Assembly: GCF_964355755.1 (NCBI RefSeq)
Contig: NC_092678.1
Coordinates: 4,356,422 to 4,420,421 of the forward strand
DNA length: 64,000 nt
Origin: Antedon mediterranea
Taxonomy: Eukaryota > Animalia > Echinodermata
Direction: 5' to 3'
Shown here in pieces: positions 43,001-55,830 of this stretch; the first letter of the stretch is position 1; each line of letters opens with the position of its first letter. Made by a program: the position numbers and the translations under genes. The notes beneath the pieces are model-generated. The model worked only from the letters and a program-made list of their open reading frames with translations, ran no database searches and was not told where the DNA came from.

Positions 43001-46000
43001 GTTATGTATTCAACATTTTTATATAGGCATAATATATCTATAAATTATGCATTCACCCTTTATATAATTATAATACCTTATAAAGATAATAGATTTTATT
43101 TATATTTTATTTTCCAAATTATATTTTTGTATCACGTAAACAAAAAACTAGCAAGCTATAAAAAAATCACATTTTATTTTATTTATTATAATTGTTTCCC
43201 CTTTTCAAGGCTCTCACTAAATGATGCAAAGTATTTTCATTTTTAAAATTGCATACATTTAAAGTTAAAAATAGGTGTTTACAGTCTTTTTACACTTTTG
43301 CAATTATTTTCTATGTACCACTTTGTTATCTGGTGCTACACACATTATTCACTACACACATCAATAATGCTCATAAGTTAAATACAGATACTGTACACAG
43401 TGCCAACCGAAAGTACCAAAATGGGTCTATCTGTCACAGTGCCAGTACTAAAATAGATTTTCACAGAAGTGTCTATTGTGTTAGCCCACCTGCTGTCAGT
43501 TTCTGTGACAATGACATTCTAATAGTAGCCAAGTAACAATGCTGAAATATGGCACTTTTTGTGGAATTCAATTGATTATTGTCAGTAATTTGTTTTGAAA
43601 ACTATGCATATTTTGATTATTTTAACGCTCTAGTATAAATTGTAACTATTCTAACCATCTTGAGGCTCTTTGAACAATTTGTATTCACTTCACAAATAAT
43701 TGTTGAAAAGTTATAAATATTGTATTGTACTTTTCTAATACTTAAAATCAATTTTGTTTAACATTTTATTCTATATAATTGTAGAAAATGTCTTATGGCC
43801 TTGTTGAAAATTGAGATGAAAAATATTATCATCATACTAGCCATTTTTAACCCACTGTAAGGTGAAAGCCAAGTTTACTCCATAACTCTGTATTTTCTGC
43901 TCCTCCATGGGTATACCAATAGCTTGAGAGATTTTAGAAATAATTTTAACCATAATTTAATAAAAATATAATAAAGTACCTGTAACCTACACCAGCATTG
44001 TTGCAAATTGATATTTTAGGTTGTGATTGTGGAAGTTGGTAATTTTCTAGTTGAAGTTTTTCTTTGTTTTGTATGTTTTGCTATATGGATATACTATTTG
44101 AAATAAAATAAATGAATGATTATTAATGTAGTCATTGGTTGGAAGTACACACCTAATTGGTGACAGTGGCTTAGGCTGCTTTTGTGCTTTCCTAGCAGCT
44201 AGTGACTGGTTGGAAGTACACACCTAATTGGTGACAGTGGCTTAGGCTGCTTTTGTGCTTTCCTAGCAGCTAGTGACTATGATTTTATATTTTCACCTTG
44301 CGTAATGTGTTGATTTGTATTATATTTTGTAAAATGTATCTTTTGCCTAAATAATAATAATAATAATATTTAATTGTTTTATGTGTAGGCATTTGCCTGG
44401 TTTAGCGATCTGCTCATTGAACACGCTGAGTTGTTTTGGTCACTGTATGCAGTGGACATGGACGCAGCGTTAGAGGCTCAGCCACAAGACACTTGGGACA
44501 GTTTCCCTCTCTTCCAGCTACTCAACGACTATATAAGAAGTGATCGTAAATATTAAACATTTTTCATACTTCACGTTAGTGGGAAGGGACAAATGTTGTT
44601 TAAACCATTTGTAAAACTATTTCTCTTGCAAACGAAGTATTGAAATACTTTCATATTAAACAAATTATTATAATAGAGTATACATAGTTGAATCAAAACA
44701 TTACAATACCATTAAACAACACAGAAATTTTGGTTCAGTTTGCAATTGTTAAGTCCCTACAGGCCACCCCCCTCGGCCCTACAGTAGGCACCCCACTCAG
44801 CCCTACAGGCCACCCCCCCCCCCCTCGGCCCTACAGTAGGAACCCCACTCAGCCCTACAGGCCACCCCCCTCGGCCTTACAGTAGGCACTCCACTCAGCC
44901 CTACAGGCCACCCCCCTCAGCCCTACAGTAGGCACCCCACTCAGCCCTACAGGCCACCCCCCTCAGCCCTACAGTAGGCACCCCACTCAGCCCTACAGGC
45001 CACCCCCCTCAGCCCTACAGTAGCCACCCCACTCAGCCCTACAGGCCACCCCCCTCGGCCCTACAGTAGGCACCCCACTCAGCCCTACAGTAGGCACCCC
45101 ACTCAGCCCTACAGTAGGCACCCCACTCAGCCCTAGAGGCAACCCCCCTTGGCCCTATTTTAAAATTCTGGATCAACCAACTGGTATGAGTTTTAAAACG
45201 TTTCTAAAGTCTTTGCAGAATAATTATAAAATTGTTTTGTATTTCAATAAGCAACAATAAGATTTGAATGGTTTTTACCCCCAGCTAATTTGAATGGCGG
45301 TCGATTCCACCAGCACTTACGCGATACATTTGCATCACAAGTGATTCGGTATGTGGACCTGATGGAGTCATCGATTGCCCAGTCAATACACAAGGGCTTT
45401 GAAAAGGAACGTTGGCAGCCTGAAGGGTAAGCAATCATATCTTCATTTCATTTATTTATTTCTCGAACAAATAATTGTGAAAAAAGATAGACAAAATACC
45501 TTGTGGTAATTGGCCATTGTTGCAATCATACATCCGAGAGTGTTAAAGAGTAGTTATCCAATCAAATTTGAACAATACCCTGGAAAACTGAGTGGTCTAA
45601 TGGTTAGGACAACTGCATGTCAAGCAAACTGTTCCGTGTTCGACCCTCTATCTTTATCATTTCTAAAATAATTAAATGGTATTCAGTATATCACCTAGTG
45701 GTGGTTTATCCCATCATTCCATGTTCATTTGGAATAAAACTGTCAATGAAACTGAAAACTGTTTTCTGCCATCAGGAATGGCACTCCAACATCAGAAGAG
45801 ATATTTTGGAAGTTGGACGCCCTTCAATCATTCATTCGAGAGCTTCATTGGCCAGATGAGGAATTTGCTCGACACTTGGATCACAGGCTCAAGCAGATGG
45901 CAGCCGACATGGTTGAATCCTGTGTAAACAGGTATAGTGACATATTAATGCCAAGCTGAACATCCATCCTCAAAATTGTTTTACGACCTAATTTCAGCCT

Positions 46001-48448
46001 AGCACCCACCCAAGAAACCTAAAAGTACTTTTTACCACCCATGCTTAACTTGTTTAACCCCTAGACTTATTTAGCTACATCCCGGGTAGGTACTCTGTAT
46101 TTTATAACCCTGGTTGTAAACTTAACCCAAGGTAGGCTTACCCACATCTAAACTGTCCGCTAAAACAATTATAATTACCAATTAGGTAAGTGTTCTTTCG
46201 ATAAAAATTAAATTAGTTTTATTGTATTTCTTTAAGGACCATGAAGGCTTTTGAGTGTTGGATTAAAAAAGGTCGCACAACGACTGACTACAGAGTACCA
46301 TCAGAGATCTGCGTTATGTTCAATGTCTTAAATGATGCTAGAAACCAATCTCTCAAACTCTGTCCACCCAATAGGGATCAAGAAACCGTAAGGATTCGTT
46401 TTAATTTAACCATCAGTAAACCATCTGTCTACACTATTAAACTTTATGTGACAAAAAAATGTGATGAAAAATGATCTCATATTACTACCACATTTGGGCA
46501 CATCACACTTTTTTTTGTACTTGAAAATGGAATAACATTATGAAACACATAATTGTTAACATATTATGTTATTCCGGCCATTTACCAACAAAACCCTTGT
46601 CCTGTAGTACAAAAATGTATTTCTTGTAACTGAATGTTCCATTAATTTCTAGGGGTGTTACTTTTGTGAAAATGGCATTTATTGTCATCCAGATAGTGTA
46701 CATCGCGTAAGTCACTTAGTTAATGCTTCTTTGTTTTATTTGTATACATATATATGTTTTTTTTAGTATCAGTACCACACTCAGATTGAATCTGTAATCC
46801 AAGGGGAGAACAAAAAGATGGTGAATGAACTTGTAACGAAACTTACGCAAGTGCTACGAAACGTCCTAGACAAGTTAGCACGGTATGATGAAGGCACATT
46901 CTTTGCTTCGATTCTATCCTTCACAGTAAGTTTAACCATTTTTAATTGCGATTAATTGTTATTGTCACAAATATCTAATTCTATGTATTTTGATACTATA
47001 ATAAACACTCTGTAATAAAATGCCATCCCATTTGGTCGTAGGCAAATCATAAGAAACTCTACACTTTTCATAACTAATATACGAGGTGTACCGCAAACTT
47101 GATATCACACTATAAGTTAATATTAAGTACAATATTATTTTTCAGAATCCAGGAATGGAACTCGCAGATGCATATGCAGAATTTATCTGTGACAACCTGG
47201 AAGACATAACGGCTAGAACACACGATGATCAATTCTTACTGTGTCTCTACGAAGCTTGGTACACGTCAAATATGAATCTACTTTGTGATTGGCTATCGGA
47301 TAGAATGGAAATACAACTACACATCTATCAACTCAACACACTCCTCAGGATCACTAAGGTTTTTTTTTGTTTAGATTAAATTTATCTCTTGTGCCATGTC
47401 TCTTCTCTATCCTTCCTTATCCTTTCCCGCTTCCCCACCCAACTCTCCTCCTTACACTATTCCACGTCCATCCTCCACACATTCTTGTAACGCTGAAAAG
47501 AGATGAGTCATATTCTCAAATAAAAGAATCATTTTTTACTGTAACTGTATGAACATCCTGTATGTAATTGGCAAATGCCTGTTGGATGTAGAATTGAAAT
47601 AAAGTAAATAACAACGTTATACCATATACTTTGTGCCTAGCCAACTGCACAGATGAGCCTAGACAAGAAATTGTGTTGGAAAATTAAAGAAAATCATTTG
47701 TATACAGTAGAATAATAAATTGATTGATTGAAAATAATTGATCTGTTGATGTACTCGCACAATAGGATATTTATTTATACCCTATGTTGTAAAATATGTG
47801 TCTGACTCGCATCTTATATTATCCTTCAATGAACCGTATCAACACGAGGTAGAGTTTAGAGTTCAAAGTTCAACGAGCAAGCCGCCACTTGTTGCTTGCC
47901 ACAGCCCAGCATAGTTTTTATTAATATAAGTAAGTTCATAATTCGGTTCATTGAGGGTGAACTTGGTCAAATTATTTTCCGTACACAAGTTTAAATCTTA
48001 CTGTATGTTACATTTGAAGTCATTCAATGTCTCAGCGATTTTCTTAGAGATGTGACTCAATTTGTCTGTAATTTACTTAAGGCTAGGCTTAATTAATAAC
48101 ACTGTATTGTTTTGTCATATTTGACATTATATTGTAGCATCTTCTATAGCTGTATTAGTCTATAAAGTTAGTTTATAGTGTGTGTTATCTTTAGGCCTAG
48201 CTAGCTTCCTGACTACTTGAAAATGTTTGCGTTACGCGTCTATTTCGTTTTTATTTTATTAGAAAATGTACACGGACATGGAACTCCATTGCGTGGCAGA
48301 GAAGATACTGAATAGTCGAACGTACGAGACCATCAAGCAACGCTTGCAGGTTGAAGAAGCGACGGCGTCCGTCATGCAAGGCGAAGGCAAAATAGTCTAC
48401 AACGGATTCTCAAAAAAGAATGATTCAGATGACGAAGATGATGATTAA
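23339..48448 (+). CDS. CADPS: Calcium-dependent secretion activator (CAPS/UNC-31), about 1262 aa, 22 constitutive exons (23339-24154, 30185-30265, 30468-30625, 30844-30937, 31824-31945, 32141-32389, 32657-32723, 33088-33196, 33545-33748, 34140-34276, 34684-34871, 35796-35897, 36235-36298, 37710-37833, 39932-40041, 44389-44545, 45285-45426, 45776-45931, 46237-46387, 46767-46925, 47146-47358, 48263-48448)
   Basis: All intron phases are compatible. Hallmark CAPS peptides: [35 protein letters not shown] (C2), [24 protein letters not shown] (PH), [42 protein letters not shown] (MHD1), [11 protein letters not shown] with an acidic C-terminus. Confidence 0.97.
24525..24583. repeat. 59-bp near-perfect palindrome in CADPS intron 1
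   Basis: ACTAATAGTGGGTTCATCCCTCAGGCTGG-T-CCAGCCTAAGGAATGAACCCACTATTAGT, 29-bp arms with two mismatches. Confidence 0.9.
26014..27597 (+). mobile_element. Non-autonomous Helitron/Helentron (HINE-like) element
   Basis: 5' hairpin TAGGTGATCATTT..AAATGATCACCTA (26016-26047), 3' subterminal copy AAATGATCACCTA (27554-27566), hairpin AATTCGTCA-AAG-TGACGAATT, then CTAG and a T run. Internal diverged duplication at about 26680-27370. Confidence 0.8.
28425..29382. mobile_element. Unclassified non-autonomous DNA element ending in a 186-bp palindrome (possibly Crypton-like)
   Basis: CpG-rich interior with internal direct repeats (CTCGAG.ACGATGATATTGACTGTGTAATTTTCG twice) and an inverted repeat at 29193-29378. 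The superfamily is inference only and the left boundary is approximate. Confidence 0.55.
29667..30099. mobile_element. MITE family A copy with its internal 21-bp unit expanded to about 14 copies
   Basis: TTA-AGCCTTGTCTACACTG...GATAGTGTAGACAGAGCT-TTA enclosing (CCATATTTAGCCATATCAYYA)n. Confidence 0.9.
30994..31788 (-). mobile_element. DINE-1/HINE-like non-autonomous Helentron in CADPS intron 4
   Basis: On the minus strand: T run, subTIR TAGTCGCGTG, partial inverted copy GCGACT, (GTCG/GTCT)n microsatellite, 3' subTIR CACGCGACT, short stem-loop, then T run. The microsatellite block occurs twice (about 31038-31128 and 31701-31764). Confidence 0.85.
32761..32898. mobile_element. Degenerate MITE-like element
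   Basis: AGGCCAACTTTGAC at the left versus GTCTGAATTGGCCT at the right (imperfect TIR). TAA on the left only. Confidence 0.4.
33799..33935. mobile_element. MITE family A copy, near-palindromic
   Basis: AGCTCTGTCTACACTATCAAACTTTATGTGAC...GTCACTTAAAGTTTGATAGTGTAGACAGAGCT. Confidence 0.92.
36313..36980. mobile_element. Non-autonomous DNA transposon with CCCGGG/poly-G termini and 8-bp TSD
   Basis: AACACATT-CCCGGG(G)nTCA...TGA(C)n..CCCGGG-AACACATT. Exact TSD at 36305-36312 and 36981-36988. Confidence 0.9.
37248..37676. mobile_element. MITE family A copy split by a SINE insertion
   Basis: Left TTA-AGCTCTGTCTACACTATCAAACT. The right TIR is broken into GTTTGATAG (about 37323-37331) and AGTTTAGACAGAGCT-TTA (37659-37676). 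Confidence 0.85.
37339..37659 (+). mobile_element. Full-length tRNA-derived SINE with a Deu/Nin-like central domain
   Basis: A box TGGCCGAGCGG, B box GGTTCGAGGCT, tRNA-like pairing GGGTGAG/CTCACTC. Core TCGGATAAGGACTATAAACCGTAGGTCC...AAAGAACC...GAGTAGGGGTTTACCCCGGTGT resembles the DeuSINE/Nin domain. (AAAC)n tail. Confidence 0.85.
38057..38080 (+). other. CADPS: Candidate 24-nt alternative microexon of CADPS (adds ADKGGERT)
   Basis: Polypyrimidine tract, TGC at 38047, TAG acceptor, CAG|GTGATT donor. Phase 1/1, stop-free, between exons 14 and 15. Confidence 0.6.
38915..39622. mobile_element. PIF/Harbinger-like internal-deletion derivative
   Basis: Imperfect TIRs GGGCCTGTTCGTA/TACGAACATGACC flanked by CTA/TTA. 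GC- and CpG-rich interior with a short minus-strand ORF. Confidence 0.65.
41435..41458 (+). other. CADPS: Candidate 24-nt alternative microexon of CADPS (adds RDQPKESQ)
   Basis: TTCATTTTAACAG acceptor and CAG|GTATAT donor. Phase 0/0, stop-free, between EHHAE and AFAWFSDL. Confidence 0.55.
44136..44278. repeat. Recent 71-bp tandem duplication
   Basis: TGGTTGGAAGTACACACCTAATTGG...CAGCTAGTGAC repeated at 44136 and 44207. Confidence 0.95.
44755..45158. repeat. C-rich composite minisatellite with alternating 24-bp and 22-bp subunits
   Basis: CAGCCCTACAGTAGGCACCCCACT alternates with CAGCCCTACAGGCCACCCCCCT. Confidence 0.95.
46424..46518. mobile_element. Truncated MITE family A copy
   Basis: TCTGTCTACACTATTAAACTTTATGTGACAAAAAAATGTGATG...TTTGGGCACATCACACTTTTTTTTGT. 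Confidence 0.8.
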
Positions 48449-48557
48449 GATTATTACTATGTATCGTGTTTTCCATCTCGTCCAATCAAAAGACCCCTAT
48501 CATCTTCCCCACTTTTTTAGACCAACTTCTATTAAAAGTAAAGAAAATGTATATGGT

Positions 48558-49026
48558 GTTCAATAGAACATAAACCTAGTCATATTGTTATAACTAGAGA
48601 TACTATGTTCAATAGAACATAAACCCAGTCATATTGTTATAACTAGAGATACTATGTTCAATAGAACATAAACCCAGTCATATTGTTATAACTAGAGATA
48701 CTATGTTCACTGGAACATAAACCCAGTCATATTGTTATAACTAGAGATACTATGTTCAATAGAACATAAACCCAGTCATATTGTTATAACTAGAGATACT
48801 ATGTTCAATAGAACATAAACCCAGTCATATTGTTATAACTAGAGATACTATGTTCAATAGAACATAAACCCAGTCATATTGTTATAACTAGAGATACTAT
48901 GTTCAATAGAACATAAACCCAGTCATATTGTTATAACTAGAGATACTATGTTCAATAGAACATAAACCCAGTCATATTGTTATAACTAGAGATACTATGT
49001 TCAATGGAACATAAACCCAGTCATAT
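48558..49026. repeat. 49-bp minisatellite, about 9.5 near-identical copies, in the likely CADPS 3' UTR
   Basis: Unit GTTCAATAGAACATAAACCCAGTCATATTGTTATAACTAGAGATACTAT. Period confirmed at 48607 and 48656. Confidence 0.97.
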
Positions 49027-52000
49027 GAATTGTGTTACAATTATATCATGGAATCCTTTGAAATTAATATTACACATTCCTGAGCCTTAGTGCATGTTCT
49101 GTATTATTTATTGTTACCCTACAAACAAAAATAGTGCACAACATGCAACTGCTGTGTTACATATAATTTTAATATTTTTTGGAAATATCTTAACTATTAT
49201 AATACTCCATGCTGATATGGAGTATTATTACAATATGGATCTTTTGATTTGCAATGACCGATGTCCTAATACCTATGCATTCATGTGTTCTTGGTCATCA
49301 CCCTAGAAGCTTTGTCGAATACAGTGGAGAAGCATGTTCCAATTTCCCTGTATGCTCACAATGACCTTTATTATTTCTAGGTCATCGGTCATCGTAACTC
49401 GTTTTGACCGAATCTGTACTTTTAACTTGTTACACATACCCTAACGTAATCAATTTGTGTTCTATGAAAAATGTATGAAAAATTGAGTGCAATGTTTAAT
49501 TATTAATAATAGGAAATCACTAATGAAGCGTGCTAATGAAAAGAGCAGTGACTGTGATAAATATAAACACATAATATAAACTTCCTTCTGTATTTATACA
49601 ATTTATTAACATTGGATTTTTAAAATTGAATATTTAGAATTTAAAACGTAAATTATTTAACATATGTTTCTAACAATGCATCTCATATATTTATGTGCAA
49701 TTTTTGTTTCTTTATTGAATAAATTCTAACAATGTATTTTAAGCAATTGTATTTCAACATGAATAACACATCAAAATGAACTGTGACCTTTGTATAAAGC
49801 AATCAGTAATATAATAGATATTATAGATTATCAATGTAATACATAATTGTATTAAATTCCGAGTATCTACTAAAATACTAAATACTAAAATAAAATATTT
49901 TAACAGGAGAGAAAATGTAAAAGCGGGCAGCTACCGCCTTTACTGTTTACTTATTATAAATCTATATATTGATATAAAAGTAAAGTCAAGCATAGACATT
50001 CCCCATACTATTATATAATATTATGATATAATAAATATTCAAAGTACATTCCCAACATAAATGGACCACAAATACTATTCCAATCGAGTATTTCTTTTTT
50101 CTTTTTTCGTCTTTGATGCGTTAATCCAACAATATGAGATTATTCTGTCTATTTTATGCAATTGTTGCTCGCTATGGTCACATTTTAAAATATATATATA
50201 TATATATATAATAGTTTTTAATTGTTAGGAATCTATTGCATATTTCTCCGACTATTACCATTCCTATTTTGCATTATTATTGTTTGAAAATAAAATTGTA
50301 AATAGTTAAAATTATCTCAGTGAAACAGACACATTTTTAAGTTATTCAAATATATGAGTTTAAAGTATGGAAACTAACGTTTAAAACAGTGATATACTAT
50401 ATATATATTATTGTGTTTACATTTTTGAATTGATAGTATATGGTGAAGAAATTTAGTTATTTGAATGAATTTCATAATAGAAACTACAGTACCTTAAATA
50501 ATGCAATTAAATGTCATGTAAAAATCCACATTTTTCCTAAAAATAAAAGATGGAAAACTTATTTATTAAAATTATATTCAGGGTATGAATTTGAATACCC
50601 CTGTGAACCATTTTGCCAATTACCACACCTCGTCCCTTAACTCAGCATTACTGCCAAACATACTCCACCCCATACCTAGTCTAAACCCCTTGACTGATGT
50701 AACTGCCCATCAAAGTGTGCATAACCATTGCACTTTGTTATACGGTACCCCTACACCCTCCCTCTTAATACTTATCATGATGTACATTGTATAATATACT
50801 ATCTAGTTTGATATTGAAAAATCAGCACTTAATATGTAGATAACACTAGTAATGCTAAGTCACGCTCATATTCTGGTTTTAATCAAACATAGTAAAACCT
50901 GATTGGGATTCTACATAGTTGTTTCCGTAGCATGTTATTGGTTTAAATCTGAGGGGTTTAATTCAGTAAAAGGATTTTCTCGATAGCCAAAAACAACATG
51001 TGTTTAGTTTATTAATTCTGTTGAAGATAATAATTACTCTAACATATTGTGCATCCGTATTATCGATGATGATCTGGTCAATGCACTGACTAAATAAAAA
51101 TATATTTATTTTTTAGTACTTTTGACATTTATAGAGATAAATTAAAAACTGAACCATTTATTTTTCAATTAAATGACATTGATTGGACAAATTGCAGTGT
51201 TTGATTGACACTTTCTGAAAATGGGCGTGGCTTAGCAGTTTATTGTAGTTGATTTCTTTGTAAGTTAAACCTTGGCAATAATAATTATCATAGATGTTTA
51301 TATACTGTAATAGTGACTGTGTTTTGTAATACTTCAGTAATTAACATAATTTATGACAACTTTATATCATTTATTGACGGTAGACTTTTGTAGCATTGGC
51401 AGCTATAATGCAGTTCAAACATAATGCAAATAATATATTTAGATTCGCTGTTGCATGGTATATAGTTAAGTTGAGAATCGTTTTAGTTTTTATTGTACTG
51501 TGTAGCATGTTTTTTTATTATCTTGTGATCAATAAAGATCATCATCGTTGCTATTATCAATATTATAATCATCAACACATTATTATTCGTAAGTTACAAA
51601 GCAAAGACAATTTTTCTGCTAAGACAGTTTGATAAATAAGATTAAGTTATTTGCTTAAGCACTTCTTAAATATTTCAGCTTAAGCAAAAATTTAAGCAAA
51701 TATTGATAAATGCCAACCCAGGCCAATAGGTTGCAATACAAATTCACTTTCAGTTTTTCCTATACCTTTATAACTGCACATGAACTAACAATTCTATACA
51801 TAATCATGGATAGAGTAAAAACAAATGAAAATATTATATATTTAATATTAGAATTTATTATTTAATCATTTTTTTGTGCTTAGCTTCTATTCAATTATAT
51901 GCTGTATACTTCATAATAGTATTACACTTGCTATTACCATTTATCGTTGATATTAATAATTGTGCAAAAGTCTTCGTGCATAGTGAGAAGATAGTATGAT

Positions 52001-52904
52001 TCTATCATGTGCAATTAAACAAGTTTCGTGCTAAATAAAAATGATAGAAATGTACATCAGTTTTTCATATGTGATTTGTATGATTGTCATAATATTGTGA
52101 CAAAGACTGGCGGAAGAATGGTTGAAGAGACGATTTTATATAGCTGCTGCCTTTTTAAAAATCATAGATTGAAATAGCTAAAATTTAATCTTTTTAAAAT
52201 GAAATTAAGCGGTTGATTTATTAAAATATTGTTTGAGTAATGTTGACTAAATACTGTTTATAAAAAGGAACATGCCAAGTAATTTCATACTGTGGAAGTA
52301 TGTACTATTATCAGACAGATCCTAACCTAAGAATTTCTAAAGTTGTAGCCAAAACATGGTATTGTTCACCTATGATACGTTTTTCTGGTATGCCCTTTTT
52401 CCTGTGTTTCACCTTCCAAACGGGGCCTGAACCAACTCGTCACCCTTTCCCCATGATTTTAACTCATTTGCATTTTACAGATGACGCATGTAGCTGACTA
52501 GATAGGTGAAATTGCCAACCAAGCCACCTGTACAACAAGATAATCGAAAAAAATAAGAAGTAAGTTTGTTCATTCATTTGCGATCCTACGGTTGATTTTT
52601 ATTTATTTATTTATTTATTAACAATATTTAACCAGGGTGGCCCAATCAGTCAAAAAGACTGGTCTCCCTTGGGGCCCTGGGTACAATAGTACATTTTAAA
52701 CTAAAATATAAAAATAACAGTAACACAATAAAACTTAAACTACAGTAATGCCTTAAAGTTACTTTTGAAAACATTTAAATTACTTGACCACTTAGTTTGT
52801 ATATAATTTGTGTTATTGTCAAAAATGTTAGTTTCTAATGAATTTGGTATTATATATTACACATTATTTTAACTGAAATTTGCTTCAAGATTGAGGCAGT
52901 TTTA

Positions 52905-53326
52905 ACCGAACACCCTATCACCATTAAACATATAAGCTATGCTGCTAACACAAAACATGCACCTTTGAACCATCTTTTACAGTTCCACCGAACACCCTAT
53001 CACCCTTAAACATATAAGTTACGCTGCTAACACAAAACATGCACCTTTAAACCATCTTTCTTTTACAGTTCCACCAAACTCCCTATCACCATTAAACATA
53101 TAAGCTACGCTGCTAACACAAAACATGCACCTTTAAACCATATTTTACAGTTCCAACGAACACCCTATCACCATTAAACATATAAGTTACGCTGCTAACA
53201 CAAAACATGCACCTTTAAACCATCTTTCTTTTACAGTTCCACCAAACTCTCTATCAGCATTAAACATATAAGCTACGCTGCTAACACAAAACATGCACTT
53301 TTGAACCATCTTTTACAGTTCCACCA
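52905..53326. repeat. 82/86-bp tandem repeat, about 5 copies
   Basis: Unit ...CACCCTATCACCATTAAACATATAAGCTACGCTGCTAACACAAAACATGCACCTTTAAACCATCTTTTACAGTTCC with alternating length variants. Confidence 0.95.
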
Positions 53327-55069
53327 ACAATATTAACAATTTGCGTAGTTAAAACAGTTTGTTAACATGAATGCAATCCTGCTAGTAGTATCCTTGTATA
53401 AAATTACAACTACTAATAAAAGATACAGTATTGTCATGTCGTTAAAATGGCCAATAAACTGTTGTACGCATTGCCTCAATAATGGGTTATAAAATATATA
53501 TTACACACAAGGTAGATAGTTTTACTACATTATTATTTTTTAATATTAATAGAACTTGCACTTTGTGAGAGGTCATTAGAAATTAAATCAATCACGCACG
53601 TTGTGTAACTTTCCCTATACCCTCGGGAATTTGCTAAGCTAATTTATCGCTAACAAATTTAATATGCATCTACTCTTGACCCAAATACGATTAAGTCTTG
53701 TCGTTATCATAAACCCCTCCTGGGGTATAAATGCACCACAGAAATTTCATTTACAAATAGCCATAAATTATCTAAATTTGTAACTTTATTGCAAAATATA
53801 GTGTGAGGCAACATTATAAAAGTAAAAAAAATGTGTTATTTTATGTTAATACTACTGTTCTTGAAGTGATTTTCATTGAAATTGTTGACGTGGACAGCCT
53901 AAAAAATGTATTAAATCCCAAAACATGATTCAGTTTTGTTTCCCAATGGGAGAGGGCAATGATAAGCCTCTTACGAGGAGTTGCTTAAAGAACTTTCAAC
54001 CAATTAACAGATAATTTACAATCATTGTAATCATGTGTTTTCCGCCAGTATCCCAGTTTTTTTGCAACAACACACAACACACTTAATTGCTGGATTAAAA
54101 AAAAAATGTCAATACCTGTTGTAATATAACGCACATAAAATTTACAAAAGATATTCCAATTATTTACAAATAAATTACAATCAGAATAAAATTAATGAAT
54201 ATATTCTACCCATTGATATTATGGAATATTCCTTTACTTTTGATTGGTTGAGTTTAGAACATAGCCCCTCCCCTTTTGATATACCAATGGGGATTATGAT
54301 TGCATTGGATTTCTGAACGGCATATGCATACATGAATGAGCACATTAGCATAATCCCTGCAGCTAGAAATTGACTACTACTATCAATAGTCTAACAACTC
54401 ATAGCTCTCACACTATCATACGAGCTGCTTATTAAGGCCACTAGAGAATAAAAATCAATGATTCTACTGCTGCTGCATTTACTGCTAAAGGATATACGCA
54501 AGCAATAAACTGTTTGAATTTTACTTCTATGGAAATGCTGTTATTGAATAAATCTTGCTACTGAAATATCGCTAGGAGAAAATAAAAGAAGACCGCATGG
54601 TCTTAGCAGGAGAATGATAACTTTTGAGATGCGGACACTGAACTAAGGATTAAGAATGATGGCTAAAATTTGGCTTGTTCTAGTCAGTTTCATGTTTATT
54701 TGGAAACCACAAACTCAGGCTACTATTGATCCTCAATCGTTAGTATACAATCTTTATTTTGTTTGCATATTATGTGTGATGTATTTTGATATCGTGTATT
54801 ATTCATGTATTGAATTTTTGTTGAAGCATTGTAGGCCTACTTATTATGTACCCAATTGATATTATTATGTAAAGGTTGGAATACTAAATTTGGCAGGTAG
54901 CTTTGAATTGGAGTATGTTTTTACTCCCACCTTATTTACAGGCAGACAATCTGCAGTGCTAGTAGACATACATGTTTACCTGCTGCCCGCTGTATAATAT
55001 AAGAATATACCGTAAGCTACAGTGAAATTTAAGTGTTTTATACAACAAAGACAATTTTCTTCCACCTCC

Positions 55070-55830
55070 AAGGCATTACTTATTGTCACTTGGTCCATGA
55101 TGGCAGTATCTCTCCACTTTTTCCTGTCTTCTGCATCATCTTCCTTCAAACCGATTCCCATGCTTTCTTTCTTTACCATATCTGTCTATGAAGCCATTTT
55201 TCTACTGAATTAAACGGTTTAGAAAATATTTTTTATTCCAATAAGGTTTAACATTAAGTAGATCTCTATCCTTTTGGAAAATCTTTGTTGAACTACTATT
55301 TTGTTAGCATGGTGCTTCCAAAGTACTTATTTATTTGTTATTTTTCCAACAAAATACACACTTATTTTGTCCAACTTTTTGTCTCATTCTTTCTCTCAAA
55401 TCTGTCAACCTCCTCTCTCCTTACAACACCTTGAAAATAACTTGATTTATTCAGGACAGTTGGTTATTTTATCAACAATTATACAAACTTATTTCACTGT
55501 TCAGGTGTCTATCTCTTATCTCAATCTTTTAAAAAGGATTTTTAACTTCAGTAGGTTTTTGAAAGTTCTCTTCAACATCTTCTCTCCTTACATAGTCTAG
55601 ATTTGGTCCCTGTTTTTTTATCTTTTTGCCAGTACGGCTAATTGCGACATATACAGTTTCATTAACAGGTTTGTGTTGGCCTCCCCTCTCAACAACCTAA
55701 GGTTTTGCAGTCAATCTTATACACATGTACATTAGAGATGTCACATTGCCTACTTTGCATATGAGTGATAAAATCAATGAGCCTGTCTGACTGAAAACCT
55801 TATGTGAGGATGCATTTGACATTCTCAGTG
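55070..55830 (-). mobile_element. Degraded RTE-clade LINE remnant
   Basis: The minus strand encodes DMVKKESMGIGLKEDDAEDRKKWR (typical RTE ORF C-terminus) and KYFGST (RT FKYLGS-like) near 55315-55332. Frameshifted; boundaries approximate. Confidence 0.55.

Noticed and set aside
46693-46706. 14-nt AG..GTAAGT segment in CADPS intron 19 as a microexon
   Set aside because: Not a multiple of 3, and it would leave only a 60-nt downstream intron.
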